From NCBI GenBank assembly GCA_041649555.1, contig JBAZMS010000001.1, positions 119,219-183,218 of the forward strand: 64,000 nucleotides of DNA. Reading direction: 5' to 3'. Made by a program: the position numbers and the translations under genes. Below, piece after piece: positions 26,714 to 36,182 of the stretch; within the stretch, counting starts at the first letter, position 1; every line of letters starts with the position of its first letter. The notes below the pieces were generated by a model. It was not told where the DNA came from and did not search any database. It was given only the letters and a program-made list of their open reading frames with translations. Source of the DNA: Candidatus Micrarchaeia archaeon (GTDB taxonomy: Archaea > Micrarchaeota > Micrarchaeia > Anstonellales > Bilamarchaeaceae).

Positions 26714-28468
26714 ATGTCAATTCGATCTCCAATCGTAGTAGTTATGGGCCATGTAGATCATGGAAAGACTACTATTCTTGATGCAATTAGAAAATCTCAT
26801 GTTGCAAAAAAAGAAGCAGGAGGAATAACCCAGATGATAGGGGCAAGCTATGTCTCAAAAGAAAATATAGAATTACTTGGGGCAAACCTTGCAAAAAAAA
26901 TGAACATCATCTTAAAAATTCCAGGCCTATTATTTATTGATACGCCCGGCCATGAGGTATTTACTAATTTAAGGGACAGAGGAGGAAGTATTGCAGATAT
27001 TGCGATTTTGGTAGTAGATGTGATGCAGGGGTTGCAGCCCCAGACAATTGAGAGCATTAAAATCCTAAGGCATTATAAGACCCCGTTTATAATTGCTGCA
27101 AATAAAATAGATCTGATTAAAGGCTGGAATAACAAAAAATCCACTTCTTTTCTTGAAAGTTTGCCTAGCCAACAAGAGCATGTAAAAGAAATATTGGATG
27201 AGAAAATTTATTCCATAATGGGCTCGATATCAGGGCATGGCTTTGATTCTGAAAGATTTGACAGGATAACTGATTTTGGAAAGCAGGTTGCAATAATTCC
27301 ATTAAGTGCTAAAACAAATGAAGGAATCGGAGAATTATTAATGCTCATTTCAGGTCTTTCTCAAAAGTATATGGAAGACGGCCTTAAAATAGAGGTGAAT
27401 GGCCCTGGAAAAGCAAGCGTTATGGAAATAAAGGAAGAAAAAGGAATGGGGACAACAGCAGATATAATCCTTTATGATGGAATAATAAAAAAAGGGGACG
27501 AAGTAATATTTCTTGCTAAAAATGGCTCAAAAACTGCAAAAATAAGAGGGCTTTTCGAGCCCAATGTTTCTGCAGTAAAACAGGATGAAAAATATAAAAA
27601 TGTTGATAAAATAGTCGCAGCCTCAGGAATAAAGATCCTTGCAAACGGGCTTGATGAATGCATTGCAGGCTCTCCACTCAATGTTGTTTCAGATCTAAAC
27701 GAAGATAAAAAATTGATAGAACAGCAGTTTAAGGAAGTTTTAATACAAAATGAGCATAATGGAGTCATTGTTCGCGCAGATAGTTTGGGCTCGGTTGAAG
27801 CCATGCTTGGGCTTTTAAGAGAAAAAAATATTCCTGTAAAAAACGCAGATGTTGGAAAAATCACCAAAAAAGATGTAATCGAGGCCCATGCAGTAGGCCT
27901 TAAAAATAGATTTTTAGGGGTTGTTTTAGGATTTAATATCTCTATAATGGATGATGCAAAAGAAGAGGCAAAAGATAAGGATATTCCAATCATATGGAGC
28001 AATATCATCTATAAAATAATTGAGGACTATGAGAATTGGGCAACTGATGAAAAGGAAAGAGAGAAAAAAGAAATATTTTCCAATCTTACCTATCCATGCA
28101 GAATAAAAATACTTGCAGGTTGCTGTTTTAGAATGTGCAAGCCTGCAATCTGCGGCATTGAGGTATTAGATGGAAAATTAAAAGTCGGAGATCGTCTTAT
28201 GAATAAACAGGGAGAAATCCTTGGAGAAGTAAAAACAATTCAGGAAAACAAGGAAAACATTAAAGAGGCAACAAAAGGAATGCAGGTTGCAATTTCCTCA
28301 CAAGATATGGTAATAGGAAAGGATGTTGTTGAAGGGGATGTTGTTTATACCTATATCATCAAAGAACAATTGAAAATATGGGATGAGAGAAAGACTACCC
28401 TAAATGATGAAGAACAAAAAGTATTAGAGGAAATAAAAATAAGAATTATAAAAAGTATTTTTAAATAA
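26714..28468 (+). CDS. infB: Translation initiation factor aIF5B (IF-2 homologue)
   Basis: RSPIVVVMGHVDHGKTT, FIDTPGHEVF, AANKID GTPase motifs, and a C-terminal beta-barrel. ATG at 26714 is preferred over the GTG at 26705. Confidence 0.95.
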   Translation: MSIRSPIVVVMGHVDHGKTTILDAIRKSHVAKKEAGGITQMIGASYVSKENIELLGANLAKKMNIILKIPGLLFIDTPGHEVFTNLRDRGGSIADIAILVVDVMQGLQPQTIESIKILRHYKTPFIIAANKIDLIKGWNNKKSTSFLESLPSQQEHVKEILDEKIYSIMGSISGHGFDSERFDRITDFGKQVAIIPLSAKTNEGIGELLMLISGLSQKYMEDGLKIEVNGPGKASVMEIKEEKGMGTTADIILYDGIIKKGDEVIFLAKNGSKTAKIRGLFEPNVSAVKQDEKYKNVDKIVAASGIKILANGLDECIAGSPLNVVSDLNEDKKLIEQQFKEVLIQNEHNGVIVRADSLGSVEAMLGLLREKNIPVKNADVGKITKKDVIEAHAVGLKNRFLGVVLGFNISIMDDAKEEAKDKDIPIIWSNIIYKIIEDYENWATDEKEREKKEIFSNLTYPCRIKILAGCCFRMCKPAICGIEVLDGKLKVGDRLMNKQGEILGEVKTIQENKENIKEATKGMQVAISSQDMVIGKDVVEGDVVYTYIIKEQLKIWDERKTTLNDEEQKVLEEIKIRIIKSIFK

Positions 28469-28568
28469 TCCAGGCTTATTGTTCGCTTTTTTATCTTTAT
28501 GCATTTATAAAACTCGTATAAAACCATCAAACATAACTTTAAAAACACTTATATTAAAAATTATATCT

Positions 28569-29426
28569 ATGGCTCATGAGAAGATGCTGAGCAGAAGGCA
28601 ATTTTTAACACCGTGGAGAAGGCCAAAGAATAATACTGCTAGAGATTATTTTGATGGACGAGAGGCATTGCTTCTTGTTGATGAGGGAACTGGAAAATTG
28701 TCTAATAAATTTGTATTTTTTATATGCGCGGCAATTTCCATTTCTAATAGTATGGGATTTTTTTTAAGCAGAAAAAAATCTATATCCCGAAGAGCATTTA
28801 TAGAAACAAGTATTTATTCTATTATAATGGGCGGCCTGATACCATTCAATACACTGATATGGAAAATAGCAACAGATAAAAAATTGAATAAACTAGAAGA
28901 ATTGCTAATAAAAAAGAAGTTTAATACAAAAAGATCAAGTCTTTTTAATGGAAATTTTATTGATGAATTGGAAAAAATCGCTTATTTGCAAAAAGACAAG
29001 GAAAAACCTGTTACATTTATTTATTTAAACGGACATGGAAATCTTGGGTCAATAGAGGGCAATTTAACTAGCTTCATAGAGATGGGCAACGGATTTTATC
29101 CATCAGATATATTATTTTCTAAGATGGATGAAATAAAAGGAAAGAAATTGGTTTTTGTTGATTCATGTCAGACCCTGGGTTTTGTGGAAAGTTTAAAGAA
29201 GCATCCCAGAGCTGAAGATTACTTTCTTGCTGTTAGCTCTGAAAGGGACTTATCTGGTGGGGTCATTTTCTGGGATCGTTTTTATCTGGATATAATAAAA
29301 TCACTTGAACAAGGAGGAGAAATGAGCAGTTATTTTACACCCAATAATATACTGGGATATACGGGCCCCTTATCATATAACCCCATGACTCTCGGGAAGT
29401 TTGACCTGGATTCTTTAGAGGTATAG
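28569..29426 (+). CDS. Membrane-anchored protein with a possible caspase-like (clan CD) His/Cys dyad
   Basis: Two TM helices, then beta-strand+GHG (FIYLNGHGN). 44 residues later comes beta-strand+DSC (LVFVDSCQTLG). Spacing and context resemble the caspase/legumain dyad. Weak call by eye only. Confidence 0.4.
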   Translation: MAHEKMLSRRQFLTPWRRPKNNTARDYFDGREALLLVDEGTGKLSNKFVFFICAAISISNSMGFFLSRKKSISRRAFIETSIYSIIMGGLIPFNTLIWKIATDKKLNKLEELLIKKKFNTKRSSLFNGNFIDELEKIAYLQKDKEKPVTFIYLNGHGNLGSIEGNLTSFIEMGNGFYPSDILFSKMDEIKGKKLVFVDSCQTLGFVESLKKHPRAEDYFLAVSSERDLSGGVIFWDRFYLDIIKSLEQGGEMSSYFTPNNILGYTGPLSYNPMTLGKFDLDSLEV

Positions 29427-29453
29427 CTATCAAATATTAATTATCTCTTTTAT

Positions 29454-31118
29454 TTACCTTAATAATAATTTCCCTTGGGATAGTCTATTAAGATTATTTC
29501 TATTATCCAAAATGGATTCTATACCAGTATGTTTTGTACTATAAAATACGTTTCCATTTCTAAGGACAATTAATTCCGGTACATATTCCGATTGCTTCCA
29601 TTTTTTGTGTCCCATAACATGGTCAATATCAACAATCGCAAGATCGTAAAATCTTCCATCATTTTGTTCTTTTGCCATAACAACGAGTTTTGGCAAAATT
29701 TCCTTGCATGGCCCGCACCAAGACGCTGTAAAATATACAACCACTGGTTTTCTCTGTGACTTCTTAACCAATTTTTCGAAATCTCCAGAAAATTCAAGAA
29801 TCCATGGCTCTGATTTGATTAATCTCTCCGACTGAAATTTTTTATCGTCCTGTTCTTTGCTTAATTTAAGAGAGTCTATCCCTCCCTCCAATAGATAGCT
29901 AGTATATTCTTTAATGTCAGCTAAAAATTTATGGTCCTGAATTATGCCTTCACGCTCTCTTATTTTAAGTGAAACATAAAAAGCCAATACTCTGGCAACT
30001 GTAGGATTAAAATTGGCATGCTCATATGAATCTTTCAATACTTTGGGCGCGGTTCTGATAATGTCTGGATTTTTCTTGATGAGCCTTTTGTAAGAATCGT
30101 GTGCCTCTTTATCATAACCAAAATAAAAAGTACAATCCTTCAATTGCGTGGCAACATCAGCCAATTTTCCTGTGAAATAAGATACCACCGAATAGGAAGA
30201 TAATTCTTCACGCATTTTTTCAATTAAAGATTGCGTTTCATTCAAAAAATGTGAATCTAGAATCCCGTATCCTGAAAGTTTGTACAAATTTAAGTATGCA
30301 TAACAAAGCCTCATAACAAAGGCATTATCTTGAGGTATTCCATTAATAGGAAAAAACTCACTATTTTCACTTAATAGAGCCATAACTTCATATTTATTGT
30401 CCTCCATAAAAGAATGGTCCTCGCTAGAACCAGAATAAGTACTTTTTTCCCCATTAAATTGGTGCATTTGAATCAGCGAAAGAATTTGATTTTTTATTAA
30501 TTCTGTTTTTAGGAAATCAAAGGCCTTACGCACATTTTCTAAAGAAGATGAAGTTTCATTAATTTCACCTTTACTAATCATATCCAAAATAGTGTTTAAA
30601 TAATTAAGCGCGGCTCTGGCATAATTCCTATCATCGTTAGTAGTATAATAGGTATTTATTCTGCTTTCTAAATAATTAAGCGCGGCTCTGGAATAATTCC
30701 CATAATCGTTAAGAGTATAATGGGCATTTATTCTGCTTTCGCATTGGTTTTTCTCTACAAATTCAATTATAGCTTTTTTTATGGAAGGATCCTGAAATTT
30801 GAAATCAGGACCAACAAATGAACTCTCAAAACTTGCAATAGCTTTCTCAAGATTAGATAATGTATACTTAGTTATTGTGCTATTTTTATGGGAATTCCAT
30901 CCTTTAGAAGATTCATCCCTTTCTTCTATTCTTTGCGGGGTTATAGCTACTATTTTAGGAATAGATGTACATGCAGTTAGTAACAGGATCCCCACTAAGA
31001 CAAGTGTATAAGCTGGATAACGAAAAGCATATTTTCTAAAGGTTCCTAATCTAGTTCCTTTTGATTTTGCTCCTGGTTGTAGAATTAACTGATCTCTTTT
31101 GAATAATATCAAATTCAA
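29454..31118 (-). CDS. Membrane-anchored helical-repeat protein with C-terminal thioredoxin domain
   Basis: N-terminal TM (YTLVLVGILLLTAC) and a C-terminal VVVYFTASWCGPCK thioredoxin active site. Contains an internal 24-aa tandem duplication. Confidence 0.7.
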   Translation of the reverse strand: MNLILFKRDQLILQPGAKSKGTRLGTFRKYAFRYPAYTLVLVGILLLTACTSIPKIVAITPQRIEERDESSKGWNSHKNSTITKYTLSNLEKAIASFESSFVGPDFKFQDPSIKKAIIEFVEKNQCESRINAHYTLNDYGNYSRAALNYLESRINTYYTTNDDRNYARAALNYLNTILDMISKGEINETSSSLENVRKAFDFLKTELIKNQILSLIQMHQFNGEKSTYSGSSEDHSFMEDNKYEVMALLSENSEFFPINGIPQDNAFVMRLCYAYLNLYKLSGYGILDSHFLNETQSLIEKMREELSSYSVVSYFTGKLADVATQLKDCTFYFGYDKEAHDSYKRLIKKNPDIIRTAPKVLKDSYEHANFNPTVARVLAFYVSLKIREREGIIQDHKFLADIKEYTSYLLEGGIDSLKLSKEQDDKKFQSERLIKSEPWILEFSGDFEKLVKKSQRKPVVVYFTASWCGPCKEILPKLVVMAKEQNDGRFYDLAIVDIDHVMGHKKWKQSEYVPELIVLRNGNVFYSTKHTGIESILDNRNNLNRLSQGKLLLR

Positions 31119-31196
31119 TACACCTGTATTGTTATGAAATATGTATAAAAAGGTTTAAAAATTAGGTTGTCGCATAACTAAAAACAACAAATTAGA

Positions 31197-32624
31197 TTAT
31201 ACTTTTCTTATTGTTCCATTTAAACAATCAACTTCTATTTTTTCTCCATCCTTAAATAATTTTGTTGCAACCTTAGTTCCGACAATACAGGGAATTCCAA
31301 GCTCTCTTGAAACAATTGCAGCATGGCAGGTTATCCCCCCTTCATCAGTCACTATTCCTGATGCTTTTCTCATCGCAGTAATATAATCCGGGCTTGTAAA
31401 CGATGCAATCAAAATATCTCCCTCTTTCATTTTTGAGATTTCTTTTGGCGAATGCAAAATTCTTGCAAAGCCTACAACAGTTCCCCTGCTCACCGCAATC
31501 CCAGTTATCTCTTTTGCGTTTTTATCAAATTTCTTTTCAATATAGGGTAAAATCAATGACCTTGCCTTTTCTTTTGTATAATAATCAATAATTCCATCCT
31601 CTTTAAAATGAAATAAAAATCCTGAAAATCTTTCCCGTGTATTTATCTTTTTATTATCTTTTAAAAGAGAAATAATTTCATCTACAGTATAATGGCAAAT
31701 TTCTAAGAAATCAATATTATACCTTTTTGAAAACTCCATTAGAAATAATTTTATATAATGGTTTGCAATAAATATATACTTTTTTCTTAAATCCTGCCAC
31801 CATATCGAATATGAAAGGGAATTCCCAATCTCTAAAATATCCCCATTAAGATTGTATTCGTTCATTATTTTTTCCTTTTCGTCTAACGTTTTTCTTCTAA
31901 ATGCCTCCAATTCTATTATTTTAATTTCAGCATCCTTTATTGATATTCTATTAAGCCTTTCTCTAAAAAAAGAAACTCCGAGTATTGTTGCATCTTCATA
32001 ATTGTTTGAAAGCCAATAATATTTTTTTTGATGCGTTTCAAGCTCCTTTTCAAATTCTTCTTTATTTTCAATTAATTTTATTTTTAAAAGTTCCAGTTCC
32101 TCTTTTTGAAAAAATGAAATATCCAAAGGAGCGCAAAGCCGTTCATAAATTATTGTAAAATGCTCGTTATTTATTTTTTGAATTTTTTCTTTTAGGTATT
32201 TTTCTCCTCCCCAGTTTGAAAGCTCTGGAATAAAACCATAAAACCAGAATTGGTTGTATACCCAATTAAATTTGAAAAATAATTCCTTTAAATCCTCATT
32301 ATTTAATTCTGACAGGCGCCGATCTGAAACCTCATTTGCAAAATTTTCCAGCTGTTTTGCAAAATCAAACCATATGATAAATGCGCTATCTCTTTCTTTT
32401 TCATTGAGGATATATTTTTTAAAGAAAAATTCTCCGTTATCTTTAAGGATTAAATAATCCAATACGCAAATGCATCTATCTTCTTTTATAAACATCAATG
32501 TTTCCGGCCAGCCTGATGGATATTTTTGATTAAATGAATGAAAATTTCTGATAAAATAGTCTAAATAAACCGGCCTTGCATCTATCGGGCCCCACTTGAA
32601 TAATTCCCTTTTAGGATCCATCAT
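31197..32624 (-). CDS. PEP-utilising enzyme, mobile (swivel phosphohistidine) domain protein
   Basis: C-terminal GIVTDEGGITCHAAIVSRELGIPCIVG motif. The N-terminal roughly 380 aa are unassigned. Start is set to MMDPK (32624), which removes the overlap with the upstream regulator. Confidence 0.7.
   Translation of the reverse strand: MMDPKRELFKWGPIDARPVYLDYFIRNFHSFNQKYPSGWPETLMFIKEDRCICVLDYLILKDNGEFFFKKYILNEKERDSAFIIWFDFAKQLENFANEVSDRRLSELNNEDLKELFFKFNWVYNQFWFYGFIPELSNWGGEKYLKEKIQKINNEHFTIIYERLCAPLDISFFQKEELELLKIKLIENKEEFEKELETHQKKYYWLSNNYEDATILGVSFFRERLNRISIKDAEIKIIELEAFRRKTLDEKEKIMNEYNLNGDILEIGNSLSYSIWWQDLRKKYIFIANHYIKLFLMEFSKRYNIDFLEICHYTVDEIISLLKDNKKINTRERFSGFLFHFKEDGIIDYYTKEKARSLILPYIEKKFDKNAKEITGIAVSRGTVVGFARILHSPKEISKMKEGDILIASFTSPDYITAMRKASGIVTDEGGITCHAAIVSRELGIPCIVGTKVATKLFKDGEKIEVDCLNGTIRKV
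32575..32595 (+). repeat. Left copy of the 21-bp perfect direct repeat CTTGCATCTATCGGGCCCCAC
   Basis: Exact match to 34857-34877. Lies inside codons KWGPIDAR of the PEP-utilising gene. Confidence 0.9.
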
Positions 32625-32640
32625 AAATACACCCAAGCAA

Positions 32641-33609
32641 TTATATAAAATGGAAATAGTTAATACCATATTCTTTTGATATGATCACAGATTCATAGTT
32701 CCTTATAAAATCAAATTTTTCTCTCAGGATTTTCATTATCGAATGGAATTCATGGAAATTATCAACAATGAACTCAAATTCTATGTCCCAGGAGCCCACC
32801 GATTTAATTACTGTGAATATCTCAGGAAGTTGTTCAATATAGGCAATGAGCTTTTTTTCCTTTTCCGAGGTTTTGCTTTTGAGATAAATAAAGCTTTTGC
32901 AGAATTCCTTTCCTAATTTTTTATAATCCAGCCCTATCCTGTAAGCATTTATAATTCCATTCCTTTCCATTTTTTTTATTCTTTCGATTACTGCTCCGCT
33001 GGTTAAATTTACATTTGTTGCCAAATCAATTATGTGGATTCGTGAATTATCCGAAAGATAAGCAAGAATTTTATAATCTAATTCATCAATTGAAGGCTGT
33101 TCTAATTTTCCCCCGACTGTAGTTTTTTTGATTATGTGGCTGTTATTAATCCATTTCCTATTATATGTTATGAAAAAAGAGGTTGCTGAAACTTCCTTGT
33201 TTAGGATATATTCTGAAAATTTATCCATAATCCGAGTTAGATATTCGTCAAAATGGTGGACATCCTTTGCCCCAAAACTTATGATCATATCATATTTTCC
33301 ACTGCAGCTTATTACCCAAGGTATTCCCAATTCCTGAGTAAAATAACTATACATCTCCTTTTCCTTTTCTTCTGTTAGATTCTGGAACTGGAAATAGATT
33401 TTATATATCTGCAGTCCAAATTTAGCAAGATTAATCTCAGTGAAAAACCTGATTATTACTCCGTTTTTTACAAGGTTTTTTACCCTATAATTAACTACTT
33501 CCTTGCTTGTTCTGCACTTCTTGGCTATTTTTGGATAGCTTTGCCTTGAATTCAATTCTAATTCCGAGAGTATTTTCCTGTCCAGCTTATCTAGAGTGTA
33601 TTTTTCCAT
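32641..33609 (-). CDS. Tandem (duplicated) Lrp/AsnC family transcriptional regulator
   Basis: Two HTH_AsnC units, LDRKILSELELNSRQSYPKIAKKCRTSKEVVNYRVKNLVKNGVI and LDYKILAYLSDNSRIHIIDLATNVNLTSGAVIERIKKMERNGII, each followed by a RAM-like segment. Confidence 0.75.
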   Translation of the reverse strand: MEKYTLDKLDRKILSELELNSRQSYPKIAKKCRTSKEVVNYRVKNLVKNGVIIRFFTEINLAKFGLQIYKIYFQFQNLTEEKEKEMYSYFTQELGIPWVISCSGKYDMIISFGAKDVHHFDEYLTRIMDKFSEYILNKEVSATSFFITYNRKWINNSHIIKKTTVGGKLEQPSIDELDYKILAYLSDNSRIHIIDLATNVNLTSGAVIERIKKMERNGIINAYRIGLDYKKLGKEFCKSFIYLKSKTSEKEKKLIAYIEQLPEIFTVIKSVGSWDIEFEFIVDNFHEFHSIMKILREKFDFIRNYESVIISKEYGINYFHFI

Positions 33610-33718
33610 TATATTTATCTATATTGAAAAATATTTAAAATCTATTGAATTTTGATAAAAAAATTATTAGTAAATTTTATTAACCTGTTTTATACACAAT
33701 TGAACATATGGTGATACA

Positions 33719-34852
33719 ATGAAGGAAAAAACACTCGCAAACGAATTAGGATTGGTTCACCAACCAAAATATATGCGTATCCCGAAAAAAAGGTTGGAAA
33801 TTCTTGGAAACAAAGTAGTTGCACAAATAGGAGGGAAATACACACTACCAGAGGCTTATAGATTGATAAAAAATATAAACATGGAAAATGGTACAAATAT
33901 TAAAATAATAGATCCTGAAATGGTAGAGGTACTGGGGCGGTGCGGAGCTTATTATGACCACTATGGATTTGCAGGAGGGTATACTGTTTATTATGGGCAT
34001 CCGGATTGGCTCGATTCAAGTAAATATTTTACCAATTTAGTAATTGGGTTTGATAAAGCAAATGTTCCCCTTGGAAAAGAGATAGTGGACTGCGATATCT
34101 CTATGAGGGTTCCAGAAGAAGCTATTGGAAAAAGAAATGAGGTAATAGGTATTAAAAATTTGGACTTTTCGAAGTATTATAGGGATTCAAGATATATAAT
34201 TTCTGCAAAAAGAGCAGAAATTTTAAGCAATGATTTTATACCTGAGAGGGAAGAACATGAATCGGAAACCTGCTATTATGAATTCGACCCAAAAACATTG
34301 GTTCCTTTTGGAAGAAATTTAAGAGAGCTAAGCAGGGAAGAATGGGAAAAGAAAGGAGACCGTAAATACCGTTTTCAATATATGAATCATCCGAGTATAC
34401 GAGCACTATGTATAGATGTTGATGATAATCAAAGAAGAAAATATCCATATGAAATTTGCTTTGAAAACATACATCAGAAATTAAATTTAGTTGTTGAGAT
34501 GCCAAAACAAGACTTAAAACCATTATTCAGGGAAACTTACTTAGAGATTACAAAGATGGAAGAGCCATATTTTATCGCACAAAATACAAGTGGATTATCA
34601 AAATCAGGAGTAAACTCCGGTAAATTCAAGGGAATTTATACTATTCTTGATGTTTTAGAAGAAATTGCAAATAAAGAAGGTATCCTGCTTGGAATTGACC
34701 TGGAAACTCTTATAAGAACTTTTAATAGAGCAAAAAGAGAATATAATACTGTCAGTCAGGTGATATCAGGAAGTACTATTGATTTTCTAAAAGAGCTCCT
34801 GGACAAATTTGGAAAGGAACTGGAAAAATTAAGGGCACAGAAAACCGTTTAA
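33719..34852 (+). CDS. Hypothetical protein (377 aa)
   Basis: Long ORF. No motif recognised. Confidence 0.55.
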   Translation: MKEKTLANELGLVHQPKYMRIPKKRLEILGNKVVAQIGGKYTLPEAYRLIKNINMENGTNIKIIDPEMVEVLGRCGAYYDHYGFAGGYTVYYGHPDWLDSSKYFTNLVIGFDKANVPLGKEIVDCDISMRVPEEAIGKRNEVIGIKNLDFSKYYRDSRYIISAKRAEILSNDFIPEREEHESETCYYEFDPKTLVPFGRNLRELSREEWEKKGDRKYRFQYMNHPSIRALCIDVDDNQRRKYPYEICFENIHQKLNLVVEMPKQDLKPLFRETYLEITKMEEPYFIAQNTSGLSKSGVNSGKFKGIYTILDVLEEIANKEGILLGIDLETLIRTFNRAKREYNTVSQVISGSTIDFLKELLDKFGKELEKLRAQKTV

Positions 34853-34856
34853 CAGT

Positions 34857-34877
34857 CTTGCATCTATCGGGCCCCAC
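34857..34877 (+). repeat. Right copy of the 21-bp direct repeat CTTGCATCTATCGGGCCCCAC
   Basis: Exact match to 32575-32595. On the minus strand its flank reads MFLMINLSSELFLWGPIDAR, a degenerate copy of the N-terminus of the PEP-utilising protein (VFMMDPKRELFKWGPIDAR). Confidence 0.9.
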
Positions 34878-34959
34878 AAAAAAAGCTCTGAACTTAAGTT
34901 TATCATCAAAAACATATAGCCAAACAGATTTTTAAATCTTTCAACACACTTTTAGTTAT

Positions 34960-36144
34960 ATGTTTCATTTATCAGAACAGATGAGTTCTGGGGCCAGAAA
35001 CACAACTAATCACTCAAAATTTGGTCCTTCAATGCTTTTGGAGAATTTATCTCTTGCAAGAACCCATGGAAAGGATGAATTTGGAAAGAAAACCGAATGT
35101 TCTTTTCCAAACCTTCTTGGTTTATCCATAACTGTTTCAACTGTTTCATTTTTTACATACAGGAGCAATAAAAATTTTTTAAAGTCACTTTCAACTAAAG
35201 ATGCAGATGGATTGGTAAAAGAGGGAACGCATAAAAGAAAGGACCTTTTGGTAATAACTGATTTGTATCGTGCAGTACGGCTTTTTTCCTATCAAAAAGA
35301 AAAATATAGAATTGAATTTAGGGAGTCAAAATTGGCAAAATTGATTGAAGAACTAAATTTGGATGTTTATTCTTCAGATAACTTTTCAGAAAAATTAGAA
35401 AATATCTTTCAAAAATTAACTGAGCTGAAAAAAGAGCTTGAGGCAAAACAAGGAGCACCGTTTTATCTTCCAACAGAGCATTTGAAAAAAGCAGAAAAAT
35501 TATTGATGAAAGCCAGAGATGAAAAAAATAAATCAAGGCGGACAACCATGATAGGTTCTGTGCATATGCTCATCAGCTCAAAAAACAGGACCAGAGAAGG
35601 GCGGATAGATGAAATACTAAGGAGAGGGAGCATGGCATCATTAAGAGAGAACGCTGTTAGAAGAAAGCGGGACGAGTTTATTATGGAAAGGTTAGAATAT
35701 CTGATAAATTTAACGGGCAAAGGAAATGAAAAATGCTTTGCAATTAAACGACTGTGGGAAAATGACCAAAAAACAACAGATATTTTAGAAAAATTAACCC
35801 AAAAAAATGTCAAAAGAAAAATGGAACTTCTACAGAATGAAAAATTAGATGAGAAAAAGAACGGATTTGTTGAAGCTGCAAGAAAATTTTTATTAGAAAA
35901 TGAGGAAACAGAAGCATTTTATGAATTAAAAAAATTATATTTTTTCATCCTTTCAAATAAACCCAAATATATCCTAGAACAGCTTGAAAAAACACAAGAT
36001 GGCTACCTTCATGAAAAAAACACAGAAGGCTATTCTTTTATGGATTATTTTAAATCAGGTGTTGAGCTTTTTGAAAATGGGGTTTTTGAAAGGGCAGGGC
36101 ATTGTTTTAAGAAGGCTGGCGAAATTCTCTCCCAAAGTGTTTAA
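34960..36144 (+). CDS. Hypothetical protein (394 aa, Lys/Glu-rich helical)
   Basis: Long ORF. No motif recognised. Confidence 0.5.
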   Translation: MFHLSEQMSSGARNTTNHSKFGPSMLLENLSLARTHGKDEFGKKTECSFPNLLGLSITVSTVSFFTYRSNKNFLKSLSTKDADGLVKEGTHKRKDLLVITDLYRAVRLFSYQKEKYRIEFRESKLAKLIEELNLDVYSSDNFSEKLENIFQKLTELKKELEAKQGAPFYLPTEHLKKAEKLLMKARDEKNKSRRTTMIGSVHMLISSKNRTREGRIDEILRRGSMASLRENAVRRKRDEFIMERLEYLINLTGKGNEKCFAIKRLWENDQKTTDILEKLTQKNVKRKMELLQNEKLDEKKNGFVEAARKFLLENEETEAFYELKKLYFFILSNKPKYILEQLEKTQDGYLHEKNTEGYSFMDYFKSGVELFENGVFERAGHCFKKAGEILSQSV

Positions 36145-36182
36145 ATCCCTTTCAATTAATTAGATAATTTGGTGCTTTTTGT

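Noticed and set aside
27472-28008. 178-aa minus-strand ORF
   Set aside because: It is antisense within aIF5B.
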